Of a stretch of 40,966 nt of DNA, positions 28,612-39,385 are shown one piece after another (position 1 is the first letter of the stretch; each line of letters starts with the position of its first letter). The position numbers and the translations under genes are program-made. The notes below the pieces were generated by a model. It was not told where the DNA came from, ran no database searches, and saw nothing but the letters and a program-made list of their open reading frames with translations. Source of the DNA: Mollicutes bacterium (lineage in GTDB: Bacteria; Bacillota_I; Bacilli_A; RF39; UBA660); the NCBI GenBank assembly GCA_012521575.1, contig JAAYMD010000024.1:1-40966 (forward strand), given 5' to 3'.

Positions 28612-28627
28612 GTAGGGGGATATGTTT

Positions 28628-30811
28628 ATGGAAAGTAAAGTTATGAAAAAAGTTGCTTTAGTATTATTGTTATTATTAGTTGCATTATTTTCATATTTTG
28701 TCTTTGGAGATGTAAATTTAATTGCTTTTGGACCTTCTGGGGAAAGGCTTGTGCGTACTGCATTTTTATTTATATTGATTGCTAATATTGTATATTTTGT
28801 TTATTTATATAAAACTAGTTCCAAAATTAAAGAGATGCACTACAAAAGTAAGTTGTTGAATTCTCTATTGGCAAATGCAGATACAATTTATCTTTTATAC
28901 ATAGCAGGTTCAGAAAAACCTGTATATATGACCAAAAATGTTAATAGTGTTTTAAATAATGTTGAGGAAGAAGATGAAGAAAAAACACAAAAAATGATTG
29001 ATGAAATTTTTGAAATACCAATAATTAAAGAAGAATTAAGAAAATGGGACGGAGAAACTGAATTTGTTAGTCAAATGTTTTCATATCGTCCAATTAGTGA
29101 TCCTAGCAATGTAAAAAGGTTTAGAGTTAAAATATATCCACTTAAAGAAAAGAAAAAACGTTATGAGATTCGCGTTATTTATGATGTGACAAAAGATTAT
29201 GAAAGACAGCACTTACTAGTTACGCAAGCGCAAGATATAAAAGCACGAGAAAAGAAGCTAAATCAAATTACAGCTGCTTCTTATGATGTTGCAATTAATA
29301 TTAATATCGCAACAGGGCGTTATGATTTAAATAATTTAAAAGAAGGTATTACTTATTTTGGAAGTGCTAGCGAAGGAATTTATGAAAATGGACTTAAAGA
29401 AATAGTGGAAAAATTTATTCATCCAGAAGATCAAGAAAAATTATTACAACAATTATCGCTAGACAACTTGAAAAAATTAATTGAAGAACAAAAATTAGAA
29501 CCTTTTTCAATAACTTATCGCTTAGCTGATTTAGAAAATATTACTTGGTTAGAAAGTACAGTATTTTTTACTATCTCACGTGGTGAAGATCAAGTAACAA
29601 TTTTAACAAAAAACGTAACCGAAAATGCTGAATATATGCGAAGCCAAAATGCTTTATTACAAGAAGCTTTAGAGGCAGCTAAAAGAGCCAATAAGGCAAA
29701 AACCGATTTTATTACAATGGTATCACATGCAATTAGAACACCGATGAATGCCGTTATTGGTATAAGCGAATCTCTTCTTACTGATGAAGATTTATCATTA
29801 TCAACTCGTGAGGATATAGAAAATATTAATACTGCAAGCAAAAACTTGTTAGAAATTATCGATGAAATTTTAGATATTTCTAAAATTGAATCAGGTATTT
29901 TAGAAAAAAACGAAAAAGAATACGATGTTGCAAAATTATTTATGGATATTATTAATTTAACAAAAGAATATACTCAGTTAAAAAAATTAAAATTAGAAGC
30001 CAATATTTCTCCCGATATTCCATCAAAATTATTTGGTGATGTAAGTAAAATAAGACAGGTGATAATAAACATTGCTAATAATGCTGTACAATATACTAAT
30101 GAAGGATTGGTTACTATTTCGGCTACTAGTAAGAAAAAAGGCCAAAACGCTGAATTAACAATTGTTATTGAAGATACTGGTATTGGCATTGAAAAAGAAA
30201 AGTTAGAAAAAATATTTCAAGAAGATGAAAATAAAATTGATTTTAGTGGTATGGGCCTATCAATTTCTAAAAAAATAATTGATTTATTAAATGGGAAAAT
30301 CATTGTTGAAAGTGTACCTAATGAAGGAACAACAGTTACCATTGTTGTTAAACAAAAAATAATTGATGATAAACCAATAGGTGATTTAAAAAATTATTAT
30401 TCAACAAGAAAAAAATCATTCGCATTTGATGCTAGTGGTAAATCAGTTTTAATTGTCGATGATAATAAAATGAATATTAAAGTTGCTGAAAGGTTATTAA
30501 AACCATACAAAGTTAATATTAAAAGTGTTGTCAGCGGCAAAGAATGTATAGATATTATTAAAAATGGTGAAAAATTTGATTTAATATTATTAGATCAAAT
30601 GATGCCAGAAATGGATGGTATTGAAACATTAAAAAAATTAAAAGAAATTAAAGATTTTAATACTCCAGTAGTTGTTTTAACTGCAGATGCAATGGTTGGT
30701 GTAAAAGAGAAATATTTAAGTGAAGGATTTGATGAATATTTATCAAAACCGATAAATGTTGATGAATTAGACTTATTATTAAAAAAATATTTAAAAAATA
30801 TAGCGGAATAA
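28628..30811 (+). CDS. hybrid sensor histidine kinase (2 TM, PAS-like region, HisKA, HATPase_c, C-terminal receiver)
   Basis: H-box FITMVSHAIRTPMNAVIG, N-box NIANNAVQYT, G-boxes EDTGIGI and GMGLSISK. Receiver domain VLIVDDNKMN...DLILLDQMMPEMDG...LTAD...SKP. ATG at 28628 has better RBS spacing than the tracked 28622. Confidence 0.85.
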   Translation: MESKVMKKVALVLLLLLVALFSYFVFGDVNLIAFGPSGERLVRTAFLFILIANIVYFVYLYKTSSKIKEMHYKSKLLNSLLANADTIYLLYIAGSEKPVYMTKNVNSVLNNVEEEDEEKTQKMIDEIFEIPIIKEELRKWDGETEFVSQMFSYRPISDPSNVKRFRVKIYPLKEKKKRYEIRVIYDVTKDYERQHLLVTQAQDIKAREKKLNQITAASYDVAININIATGRYDLNNLKEGITYFGSASEGIYENGLKEIVEKFIHPEDQEKLLQQLSLDNLKKLIEEQKLEPFSITYRLADLENITWLESTVFFTISRGEDQVTILTKNVTENAEYMRSQNALLQEALEAAKRANKAKTDFITMVSHAIRTPMNAVIGISESLLTDEDLSLSTREDIENINTASKNLLEIIDEILDISKIESGILEKNEKEYDVAKLFMDIINLTKEYTQLKKLKLEANISPDIPSKLFGDVSKIRQVIINIANNAVQYTNEGLVTISATSKKKGQNAELTIVIEDTGIGIEKEKLEKIFQEDENKIDFSGMGLSISKKIIDLLNGKIIVESVPNEGTTVTIVVKQKIIDDKPIGDLKNYYSTRKKSFAFDASGKSVLIVDDNKMNIKVAERLLKPYKVNIKSVVSGKECIDIIKNGEKFDLILLDQMMPEMDGIETLKKLKEIKDFNTPVVVLTADAMVGVKEKYLSEGFDEYLSKPINVDELDLLLKKYLKNIAE

Positions 30812-30836
30812 GAACTGTATGCTTTGCAGTTCTTTT
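30810..30836 (+). terminator. intrinsic terminator after the hybrid kinase
   Basis: AAGAACTG-9 nt-CAGTTCTT followed by TT. Confidence 0.6.
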
Positions 30837-31049
30837 ATATTTAAAAAACTATTAATCATAAAATAATAGATAATAGCAACTATACATTGTATGTATGAGT
30901 TTAATTGACCTTGTAAGCATGCAAGTTTTACATTTGTTAACAACAAGTAACTTTTTGTCATATAATGGTAATTTTTATATCGTTTTTTTTTTGAATATAT
31001 GGTATAATAAAAATATAAAAATACAGGTGAATGAGAGGAGATTTTGATT

Positions 31050-31412
31050 GTGAGAGATGTTGAAATATTAATTAATGGTGGTGTCAATATTAAGCAGAGC
31101 CTAGAATACTTAGGTGATATGGAAATGTATGATGATATGCTTGAAGATTTTTTAACAGAGATGGAAAAACGTATTGTTCAACTAGAAAATTTCAAAGAAG
31201 CCAAAGATATGCAAAATTATGCTATTTTGGTGCATGCTATAAAAGGAGACTCAAGATACTTAGGTTTTGAACGATTGTCTGAACTAGCCTTACAACATGA
31301 AATGGAAAGTAAAAATGGAAATGTTGAATTTGTTGATAATAATTTCAATGAATTAATGCAAGAAATTAATAAAATTTTAGACATTTCAAGAAAATATTTA
31401 AATAATAACTGA
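31050..31412 (+). CDS. Hpt domain phosphotransfer protein
   Basis: About 120 aa, all-helical, with the HAIKGDSRYLG phospho-histidine motif. GTG at 31050 sits 9 nt after AGGAG (tracked TTG at 31044). Own TGgTATAAT promoter upstream. Confidence 0.7.
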   Translation: MRDVEILINGGVNIKQSLEYLGDMEMYDDMLEDFLTEMEKRIVQLENFKEAKDMQNYAILVHAIKGDSRYLGFERLSELALQHEMESKNGNVEFVDNNFNELMQEINKILDISRKYLNNN

Positions 31413-31549
31413 TTTTGTCAAAAAAATGATTGACAAGAATATAATAACAGTGTTATATTATTACTGTGTTTAAATTGGATTTACTTCGGTAAATCTTTAT
31501 TTAAGGAGAAAATGAAACACCTGGATATGTGTAGAGGAAGGAGGGTAAT

Positions 31550-31963
31550 ATGCCTACAATTAACCAATTAGTTAGAAAAAGAAGAAAAAGCAAAACAAAA
31601 AAGAGTAAATCTCCAGTTTTGGGGATTGGATATAATAGTCGTAAAAAGAAAGAAATTAAATTAAATTCTCCCCAAAAACGAGGTGTTTGTATTCGTGTTG
31701 GAACAATGACACCAAAAAAACCTAACTCTGCTCTTCGTAAGTATGCCCGTGTAAGATTAAGTAACGGTTATGAAGTTACAGCCTACATTGGTGGTGAAGG
31801 GCACAACTTACAAGAACACAGTGTTGTATTAATTCGTGGAGGTCGTGTTAAGGACTTAATTGGGGTTCGTTATCACGTTATTCGTGGAGCGCTAGATACT
31901 GCAGGTGTAGAAAATCGTCGTCAAGGTCGCTCTAAATACGGAACTAAGAAACCTAAAGAATAA
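31550..31963 (+). CDS. rpsL: 30S ribosomal protein S12
   Basis: [10 protein letters not shown]...[17 protein letters not shown]...[20 protein letters not shown](I)GVRYH... Confidence 0.97.
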   Translation: MPTINQLVRKRRKSKTKKSKSPVLGIGYNSRKKKEIKLNSPQKRGVCIRVGTMTPKKPNSALRKYARVRLSNGYEVTAYIGGEGHNLQEHSVVLIRGGRVKDLIGVRYHVIRGALDTAGVENRRQGRSKYGTKKPKE

Positions 31964-31978
31964 AAATTATTCAACTGA

Positions 31979-32458
<480 letters not shown>

Positions 32459-32535
32459 TTCACTTTAAGTAAATAACTGTATAAACGGTATATTTAATAA
32501 CACATAATAAAAAACACATAAGAAAGGAAGATAGT

Positions 32536-34608
32536 ATGGCTCGAGAATATAGTTTAGAAAAAACGCGCAACTTCGGAATAATGGCTCATATTGATGCTGG
32601 GAAAACAACTTGTACTGAACGTATTTTGTTCCATACGAAAAAAATTCATAAAATAGGTGAAACTCATGATGGAGAATCACAAATGGATTGGATGGAACAA
32701 GAAAAAGAACGTGGAATCACTATTACTTCAGCGGCAACAACAGCATTCTGGAAAGGTCATCGTCTAAATATTATTGACACTCCAGGTCACGTTGATTTTA
32801 CTGTTGAAGTATCAAGATCACTTCGTGTGTTAGATGGTGCAGTGGCACTTCTAGATGCACAAGCAGGTGTTGAGCCACAAACCGAAGATGTTTGGCGCAA
32901 AGCCGATGAATTTAAAGTCCCACGTATGTTTTTTGTTAATAAAATGGATAAATTGGGTGCTGACTTCCAAATGTCATTAAATAGCATCAATGAATTATTA
33001 GGAGTAAATGCTCAACCTATTCAATGGCCAATTGGAGCAGAAAGTGAGTTTACAGGAATTATCGATTTAATTACTAAAACTGCATATCAATATGATGGCA
33101 ATCCGGAAGAAGAAGCAAAGGTTATTGATATTCCTGAAGATTTAGTGGATATTGTTGAGGAAAGAAGAATAGAATTAATCGAAGCAGTTGCTGAATTTGA
33201 TGATGAATTAATGGAAAAATATTTATCAGAAGAAGAAATTTCGGCAGATTTAATTAAAAGAGCAATTCGTAAAGGGACTTTAGCTGCAGAATTTTTCCCA
33301 GTAATGTGTGGAACTGCTTTAGGTAATAAAGGTATAAAATTATTATTGGATGCAGTTATTGATTATTTACCATCACCAATCGATATTGAAGCAATTGAAG
33401 GAACTGACTTAAAAGGTGAAGCACTAGTTCGTCATCCAAGTGACGATGAACCATTTAGCGCATTAGCATTCAAAGTTATGAGTGACCCATATGTTGGACG
33501 TTTAACTTTCTTTAGAGTTTATTCAGGACATTTAAAAAGTGGATCATATATTTTAAACTCAACTAAGAATACGAAAGAAAGAATAGGTCGTCTACTATTA
33601 ATGCACGCTAATGATCGTAGTGAAATTTCAGAAGTATTTACTGGTGATATTGCAGCAGCAGTTGGTCTTAAAAATACAACAACCGGGGATACATTATGTG
33701 ATGAGAAAAAACCATGTATTTTAGAATCAATGGTCTTCCCAGAGCCAGTAATTGAACTTGCTGTTGAACCAAAATCAAAAGCCGATCAAGATAAAATGGG
33801 ATTAGCGCTTCAAAAATTATCAGAAGAAGACCCAACATTTAGAGCAACTACAAATCATGAAACAGGTCAAACAATTATTGCTGGTATGGGTGAACTGCAC
33901 TTAGATATACTAGTTGATAGAATGCGCCGTGAATTTGGTGTTGAAGCAAATATTGGTAAACCAAGAGTATCTTACCGTGAAACAATCACTACTGTTGGTG
34001 AATGTGAAGGTAAGTACATTAAACAATCTGGTGGTCGTGGACAATATGGACACGTTAAAATTAAGTTTGAACCAAATCCTGGAAAAGGTTATGAGTTTGT
34101 CGATGCAATTGTTGGTGGAGTAGTGCCACGTGAATATATACCAGTTACTGATAAAGGATTACAAGAAGCTATGGAAAGTGGTATTTTAGCAGGTTATCCA
34201 ATGATTGATGTTAAAGCAACTCTTTATGATGGTTCATATCACGATGTAGACTCATCAGAAATGGCATTTAAAATTGCCGCAAGTCTAGCACTTAAAGAAG
34301 CTCGTGAAAAATGTAATCCAGTTTTATTAGAACCAATTATGAAAGTTCAAATTGTTGTTCCAGAAGAATATTTAGGAACAGTAATGGGAGATATTACTTC
34401 ACGTAGAGGTAAACCACTTGGACAAGAAACACGTGGAAATGCTCCTGTAATTAATGCAATGGTACCTTTAGCAGAAATGTTTGGGTATGCAACTGCATTA
34501 AGATCTAATACTCAAGGTCGCGGACAATTTACAATGTTATTTGATCATTATGAAGAAGTACCGAAGAGTATTACTGATGAAATTGTTAAGAAAAGTGGAG
34601 GAAACTAG
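32536..34608 (+). CDS. fusA: elongation factor G
   Basis: [17 protein letters not shown] and NKMD GTPase motifs. 690 aa. Confidence 0.97.
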   Translation: MAREYSLEKTRNFGIMAHIDAGKTTCTERILFHTKKIHKIGETHDGESQMDWMEQEKERGITITSAATTAFWKGHRLNIIDTPGHVDFTVEVSRSLRVLDGAVALLDAQAGVEPQTEDVWRKADEFKVPRMFFVNKMDKLGADFQMSLNSINELLGVNAQPIQWPIGAESEFTGIIDLITKTAYQYDGNPEEEAKVIDIPEDLVDIVEERRIELIEAVAEFDDELMEKYLSEEEISADLIKRAIRKGTLAAEFFPVMCGTALGNKGIKLLLDAVIDYLPSPIDIEAIEGTDLKGEALVRHPSDDEPFSALAFKVMSDPYVGRLTFFRVYSGHLKSGSYILNSTKNTKERIGRLLLMHANDRSEISEVFTGDIAAAVGLKNTTTGDTLCDEKKPCILESMVFPEPVIELAVEPKSKADQDKMGLALQKLSEEDPTFRATTNHETGQTIIAGMGELHLDILVDRMRREFGVEANIGKPRVSYRETITTVGECEGKYIKQSGGRGQYGHVKIKFEPNPGKGYEFVDAIVGGVVPREYIPVTDKGLQEAMESGILAGYPMIDVKATLYDGSYHDVDSSEMAFKIAASLALKEAREKCNPVLLEPIMKVQIVVPEEYLGTVMGDITSRRGKPLGQETRGNAPVINAMVPLAEMFGYATALRSNTQGRGQFTMLFDHYEEVPKSITDEIVKKSGGN

Positions 34609-34681
34609 TAAAAATACTTGCTATTTTTACTAAGTTGATATAAAATATAAAAAGAATGATAATATAAGGAGGAAGGAAAAA

Positions 34682-35866
34682 ATGGCAAAACAAAAATTTG
34701 ATCGTTCAAAAACCCATGTTAATATTGGGACAATTGGTCACGTTGACCATGGTAAAACAACTTTGACAGCAGCAATTACTAACGTACTTGCAAAGCAAGG
34801 TAAAGCAGAATTTAAAGCTTATGACCAAATTGACAAGGCTCCAGAAGAAAAAGAAAGAGGAATTACAATTAGTACTTCACACGTTGAGTACGAAACAGAA
34901 ACTAGACACTATGCTCACGTTGATTGTCCAGGACATGCTGACTATGTTAAAAATATGATCACTGGTGCAGCGCAAATGGATGGTGCAATTCTAGTTATTG
35001 CTGCAACAGATGGTCCTATGGCTCAAACACGTGAACACATCTTATTATCACGTCAAGTAGGTGTACCACGTATTGTTGTTTTCTTAAACAAATGCGATAT
35101 GGTAGATGATGAAGAATTATTAGAATTAGTAGAAATGGAAGTTCGTGAATTATTAAGCGAATATGGATATGATGGAGATAATACTCCAATTATTCGTGGT
35201 TCAGCATTAAAGGCATTAGAAGGTGATGCTGCATATGAAGAAAAAATCTTAGAATTAATGGAAGCAGTAGATAATTGGATTGAAGCTCCAGTACGTGATA
35301 TTGATAAACCATTCTTAATGCCTATTGAAGATGTGTTTACAATTACTGGACGTGGAACTGTTGTTACAGGACGTGTTGAGCGTGGTCAATTAAAATTAAA
35401 CGAAGAAGTAGAAATTGTTGGTTTAAGAGAAACTCAAAAAGCTGTTGTTACAGGAATTGAAATGTTCCGTAAACAACTAGATTATGCTGAAGCAGGAGAC
35501 AATGCAGGAATTCTACTTCGTGGTATTGCTCGTGAAGATGTTGAGCGTGGTCAAGTATTAGCTAAACCAGGAACTGTTACTCCACACAGCAAATTTAAAG
35601 CTGAAGTATATGTATTAAGCAAAGAAGAAGGTGGACGTCATACTCCATTCTTCTCAAACTATCGCCCTCAATTCTATTTCCGTACAACTGATGTTACTGG
35701 TGTAATTACTTTACCAGAAGGTGTGGAAATGGTTATGCCTGGCGATAATGTTACAATGACTGTAGAACTAATTGCGCCAATCGCAATTGAAAATGGAACA
35801 AAATTCTCAATTCGTGAAGGTGGAAGAACAGTTGGAGCTGGTGTAGTTACTGAAATTATTAAGTAA
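34682..35866 (+). CDS. tuf: elongation factor Tu
   Basis: [17 protein letters not shown] and NKCD motifs. 394 aa. Confidence 0.98.
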   Translation: MAKQKFDRSKTHVNIGTIGHVDHGKTTLTAAITNVLAKQGKAEFKAYDQIDKAPEEKERGITISTSHVEYETETRHYAHVDCPGHADYVKNMITGAAQMDGAILVIAATDGPMAQTREHILLSRQVGVPRIVVFLNKCDMVDDEELLELVEMEVRELLSEYGYDGDNTPIIRGSALKALEGDAAYEEKILELMEAVDNWIEAPVRDIDKPFLMPIEDVFTITGRGTVVTGRVERGQLKLNEEVEIVGLRETQKAVVTGIEMFRKQLDYAEAGDNAGILLRGIAREDVERGQVLAKPGTVTPHSKFKAEVYVLSKEEGGRHTPFFSNYRPQFYFRTTDVTGVITLPEGVEMVMPGDNVTMTVELIAPIAIENGTKFSIREGGRTVGAGVVTEIIK

Positions 35867-35905
35867 AAAAAAAAAACCGAGTAAATATTTTACTCGGTTT
35901 TTTTT
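35865..35905. terminator. bidirectional intrinsic terminator shared by tuf and the convergent femAB-like gene
   Basis: A12-CCGAGTAAA-tat-TTTACTCGG-T8. The stop codon of the minus-strand gene lies inside the stem. Confidence 0.75.
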
Positions 35906-37149
35906 AATAAATTTTGTAGAGATAAAGTATTGCGATACATAAAATATTTAGTATTATTAGTGATTAATTCAAAATCCCCAGCATATTCATATATTTTAGC
36001 GCCAAAATTAGTTTTAAATTGATTTAATCCTTTATATTGGCTTTGATCTAATTCTGGATTAGTTACGCCACCTAAATTAAATTTTTTGTATCCCATTTTA
36101 GAATAATTATGGATTAATTTCCAAATCAATAAGTGCTTGGCGCTAAGCATGCGGTATTTTGGATCCTGAGCATCCATTAATACATAAACAGTATCACGGT
36201 AGGTAACAACAATAATTGTTGCAAGAATTATCCCGTCGGGGTGATTTTTTAATAAATTAGTTGCCAATACTAATTTGTTTTTATAATTTGCAAATAAATT
36301 GTCATTATTGATTTTACGATTGATTAGTTTGTGAACATTTTTATTTGAATTGGTTAAAATTAAGTTATTAATAAGGTGATTTTCTTGCTCAGCTTCCTCA
36401 TATTTTTTTTGTATTTTTTCTAAATAAATTGCTGTATCTAATTTGGCGTAATAATAATCAATCATGCTATTTTTTTCAAAAGCAAAATATAAATCTCGGA
36501 AGTAATTTAAATCACGTGGATATTTTCTTTTTGTGTGTTCATACAAATAATCTAATTCACTTGGTCTACCTTTATAAATTCTAATTCCGTTTTCTTCTGC
36601 ACTTCTAATTTTTGTGCGAAATTCTTTTTTTATTTCATTAAATAAAATATAGTAAGGTTTATCTATATCAATAACGGCTTCATATCGTGGTTTTAAAGCC
36701 TCAAAATAATAATTGTAACCGTAATGATAATAACCAAGTCTTCTTAAATTAGAATAGGCAGTTTCATAATTTAAATTAGGAATAAAGCTTTTCTTTTTAG
36801 GATCATAAATGTCTTTGATCACTAACGGATTCAATTTTACAGCAACAATATCTAGGCGTGATAAAAATTTTTTTAGTTTAAGAGTAAAAATTTTTAATAA
36901 GTCAAAATTATAGTAATCAATTAAAAAGCCACCTGGTGCATATGCATATTTAAATGCAAATCGTTTTTCAACAAACAAAACTGTGGCCCCTAAAATATTT
37001 TCATTTTTGTCCATTAAGCCAACTATTAGTGGATTAAATCCTTGTCCTTCCATAGTAAAACCATATTCTGGTGTTTGATAAACTGAATATAAATCATAAG
37101 TGTTGGCAAAGTTTTTAAATTCATCGATTGTCAATTCTCTTATGTACAT
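35890..37149 (-). CDS. FemA/FemB/MurM-family peptidoglycan interpeptide-bridge aminoacyltransferase
   Basis: About 419 aa. N-terminal ...FKNFANTY...YQTPEYG..., a central coiled-coil insert, and C-terminal ...LIWKLIHNYSKMGYKKFNLGGV...GLNQFKTNFGAKIYEY..., typical of FemAB. ATG at 37149 (MYIREL) follows AGAGGTGA. The tracked start at 37194 overlaps a TGgTATAAT promoter. Confidence 0.7.
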   Translation of the reverse strand: MYIRELTIDEFKNFANTYDLYSVYQTPEYGFTMEGQGFNPLIVGLMDKNENILGATVLFVEKRFAFKYAYAPGGFLIDYYNFDLLKIFTLKLKKFLSRLDIVAVKLNPLVIKDIYDPKKKSFIPNLNYETAYSNLRRLGYYHYGYNYYFEALKPRYEAVIDIDKPYYILFNEIKKEFRTKIRSAEENGIRIYKGRPSELDYLYEHTKRKYPRDLNYFRDLYFAFEKNSMIDYYYAKLDTAIYLEKIQKKYEEAEQENHLINNLILTNSNKNVHKLINRKINNDNLFANYKNKLVLATNLLKNHPDGIILATIIVVTYRDTVYVLMDAQDPKYRMLSAKHLLIWKLIHNYSKMGYKKFNLGGVTNPELDQSQYKGLNQFKTNFGAKIYEYAGDFELITNNTKYFMYRNTLSLQNLLKKTE

Positions 37150-37266
37150 GTAATCACCTCTTTTGGAAATTAAAATATTATACCATATTTTCAATCATTT
37201 TAACAAGTTCATTAGTTTTTCATTCATAAAAGAAGCAAATCTAAATATATTTATATTGGTGATAAT

Positions 37267-38175
37267 ATGGACAAGATTAAAATTGGAATACCAAGAAGTA
37301 TAGTATATTACTATTATAAAGATTTATGGCATTATTTTTTTAAAAAGTTAGGAGTAGAAGTAATTGTAAGTCCTAAAACAAATAAGAAAATTGTTAATGA
37401 TGGAATAAATTATACAAATGATGAGATGTGTTTATCTCTTAAAATATATATGGGGCATATTAATTATTTAAAAGACAAGTGTGATTATATTTTGGTTCCT
37501 CGTATTCAAAATTATGGTGTTGATAATCAAACTTGCACTAATTTTTGGGGACTATATGATTTAGTCAAAAACATTTTCAATGTAAAAATATTAAATTATA
37601 ATATTGCTTATTCTAATTTAAAAACAGAGAAAAAAGCATTTATAAAATTAGGACAAACATTAGGTTTTTCAAAAGAAGAAAGTAAAAAAGCTTATATTTA
37701 TGCTAAAACAATGGAAGCCAAAGAAAAAAAGAAAAGAATACATAGAAACTATCAAAAATTAAATAGTGCAAAATTAAAAGTATTACTGATAAGCCATCCA
37801 TATAACATTTTTGATGAATATATAGGTATGCCAATTTTAAATTATTTAGATAAATTAAATGTTGAATGGATAAATGCTTTAGATTTTGAAAATAGTTTAA
37901 CTTGTAAATTATCAAAGTTATTATCGCGTAGTATTTACTGGAAATTTAGCAAAGAATTGATTGGAGCGATAAAGCTTGTTGAGCACAAAATTGACGGTAT
38001 TATTTTTATCTCATCTTTTCCATGTGGACCAGATTCACTTGTTAATGATTTAGTGATCCGAAAAATTGATTTACCATATTTGAATATAGTGGTAGATGAT
38101 TTTGATTCAATGGCCGGGATTGAAACAAGATTAGAAAGTTTTGTAGATATACTTGAGCAAAAGGCAAAAATCTAA
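37267..38175 (+). CDS. acyl-CoA dehydratase activase-related protein (DUF2229/HgdAB-like fold), tentative
   Basis: 302 aa with conserved-looking Cys contexts (NDEMCLS, QTCTNF, SSFPCGPDS). Clustered with an HgdC/BcrAD-type activase gene. Confidence 0.5.
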   Translation: MDKIKIGIPRSIVYYYYKDLWHYFFKKLGVEVIVSPKTNKKIVNDGINYTNDEMCLSLKIYMGHINYLKDKCDYILVPRIQNYGVDNQTCTNFWGLYDLVKNIFNVKILNYNIAYSNLKTEKKAFIKLGQTLGFSKEESKKAYIYAKTMEAKEKKKRIHRNYQKLNSAKLKVLLISHPYNIFDEYIGMPILNYLDKLNVEWINALDFENSLTCKLSKLLSRSIYWKFSKELIGAIKLVEHKIDGIIFISSFPCGPDSLVNDLVIRKIDLPYLNIVVDDFDSMAGIETRLESFVDILEQKAKI

Positions 38176-38782
38176 AATAATAGTTGCCTTTCCCCGTATG
38201 GGAAACTATGATATTCCGGCTAAATATTTATTTAATAAAGCATTTAAGGTTAAAGTTATGGACATTCCTAAAATTACTAAACAAACTATCGAACTTGGCA
38301 CTCGTTATAGTCCCGAGTTCATATGTACACCATTTAAATATACCCTTGGTACTTTAATTGAAGTGTTGGACAAAGGTGCAAATGTAATAATACAAGTAGG
38401 AGGAGGATGTAAGTATGGCTATTATAGTGAACTTCAAGAACAAATATTAAAAGATTTGGGTTATAATTTTACATTTATTAATTTTGTTGAGCAAGGGCAA
38501 AAAAACATAAAGCGAATATACCGTGAATTAAAAAAAATAGATCCAAAGTTTAATATTTTTAAAGCATTATATTATTTTCCTATTGCCGCTAAAATGGTTA
38601 AATATATGGATAAAGTAGATGATTATATAAGAGAAAATATTGGTTTTGAAGTAGAAAAAGATAGTTTTATTAAGTTGCAAAAAGAAATGTTAGAAAGTTT
38701 TAAAAAAAGTAAAACACATATTGATTTATATTTAAGATATAAATATTATTTTCGAAAGATAAAAAAAAATAAAAATAAATAA
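38153..38782 (+). CDS. activase-related/dehydratase-like protein, N-terminal part of a gene split at an A9 run
   Basis: ...AFPRMGNY...SPEFICTPFKYTLG...GGGCKYGYY... The ORF ends 11 nt after the A9 run at 38761-38769. The next ORF continues in the +1 frame. Confidence 0.45.
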   Translation: MSKRQKSKIIVAFPRMGNYDIPAKYLFNKAFKVKVMDIPKITKQTIELGTRYSPEFICTPFKYTLGTLIEVLDKGANVIIQVGGGCKYGYYSELQEQILKDLGYNFTFINFVEQGQKNIKRIYRELKKIDPKFNIFKALYYFPIAAKMVKYMDKVDDYIRENIGFEVEKDSFIKLQKEMLESFKKSKTHIDLYLRYKYYFRKIKKNKNK

Positions 38783-38795
38783 ACCAAAAGATTGT

Positions 38796-39248
38796 TTGAA
38801 AGTTGGCCTTATTGGGGAACTTTATACTTTGATGGAACCATTTGCCAATTATGAGTTTGAACGGGAACTTGCAAGTTTTGGAATATCAATTAAAAGATTT
38901 ACCAATGCTTATTACTTGCTGTTTAAAAAATCTAAAATGATATCTAAATATTTAAACTATGCTAAGGAATATATAAGGTATATAATTGGTGCAGATGCAA
39001 CTGATAATATCGGAAGAACAAAATATTTATGTGAACAAAAATATGATGGTATTATTCACATTAAATCAACTTTTTGTACCCCTGAAATTGCCGCGATGCC
39101 TATTATTAGTAAAATATGCAAAGATTATCAAATGCCACTTTTATTTTTTTCGTTTGATACTCATACTTCAGAAATAGGAATGAAGACAAGAATTGAAGCA
39201 TTTTATGATATGATAAAGGAGAAAAGAAAAAGAAAAATTATTATTTAG
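38796..39248 (+). CDS. activase-related/dehydratase-like protein, C-terminal part of the split gene
   Basis: Its frame is open from 38763 (KKIKINKPKDCLKVGLIGELYTLMEP...KSTFCTPEIAAMP...). The tracked TTG start has no RBS. Confidence 0.45.
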   Translation: MKVGLIGELYTLMEPFANYEFERELASFGISIKRFTNAYYLLFKKSKMISKYLNYAKEYIRYIIGADATDNIGRTKYLCEQKYDGIIHIKSTFCTPEIAAMPIISKICKDYQMPLLFFSFDTHTSEIGMKTRIEAFYDMIKEKRKRKIII

Positions 39249-39385
39249 GAATTGATGTTGGGTCTATTTCCACAAAAGGAGTTATTATTGATGATGATAA
39301 TAAAATAGTTTTTTCTTCGTATATATGGACAGAAGGAAGTCCTACTGACGCAGTAAAAAGATTAATAAATGAATTAAAAAGTAAA

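Noticed and set aside
30791-31087. Tracked 98-aa minus-strand ORF between the kinase and Hpt genes
   Set aside because: It spans the kinase terminator and the Hpt promoter and RBS. It has no RBS of its own and an A+T-driven composition.
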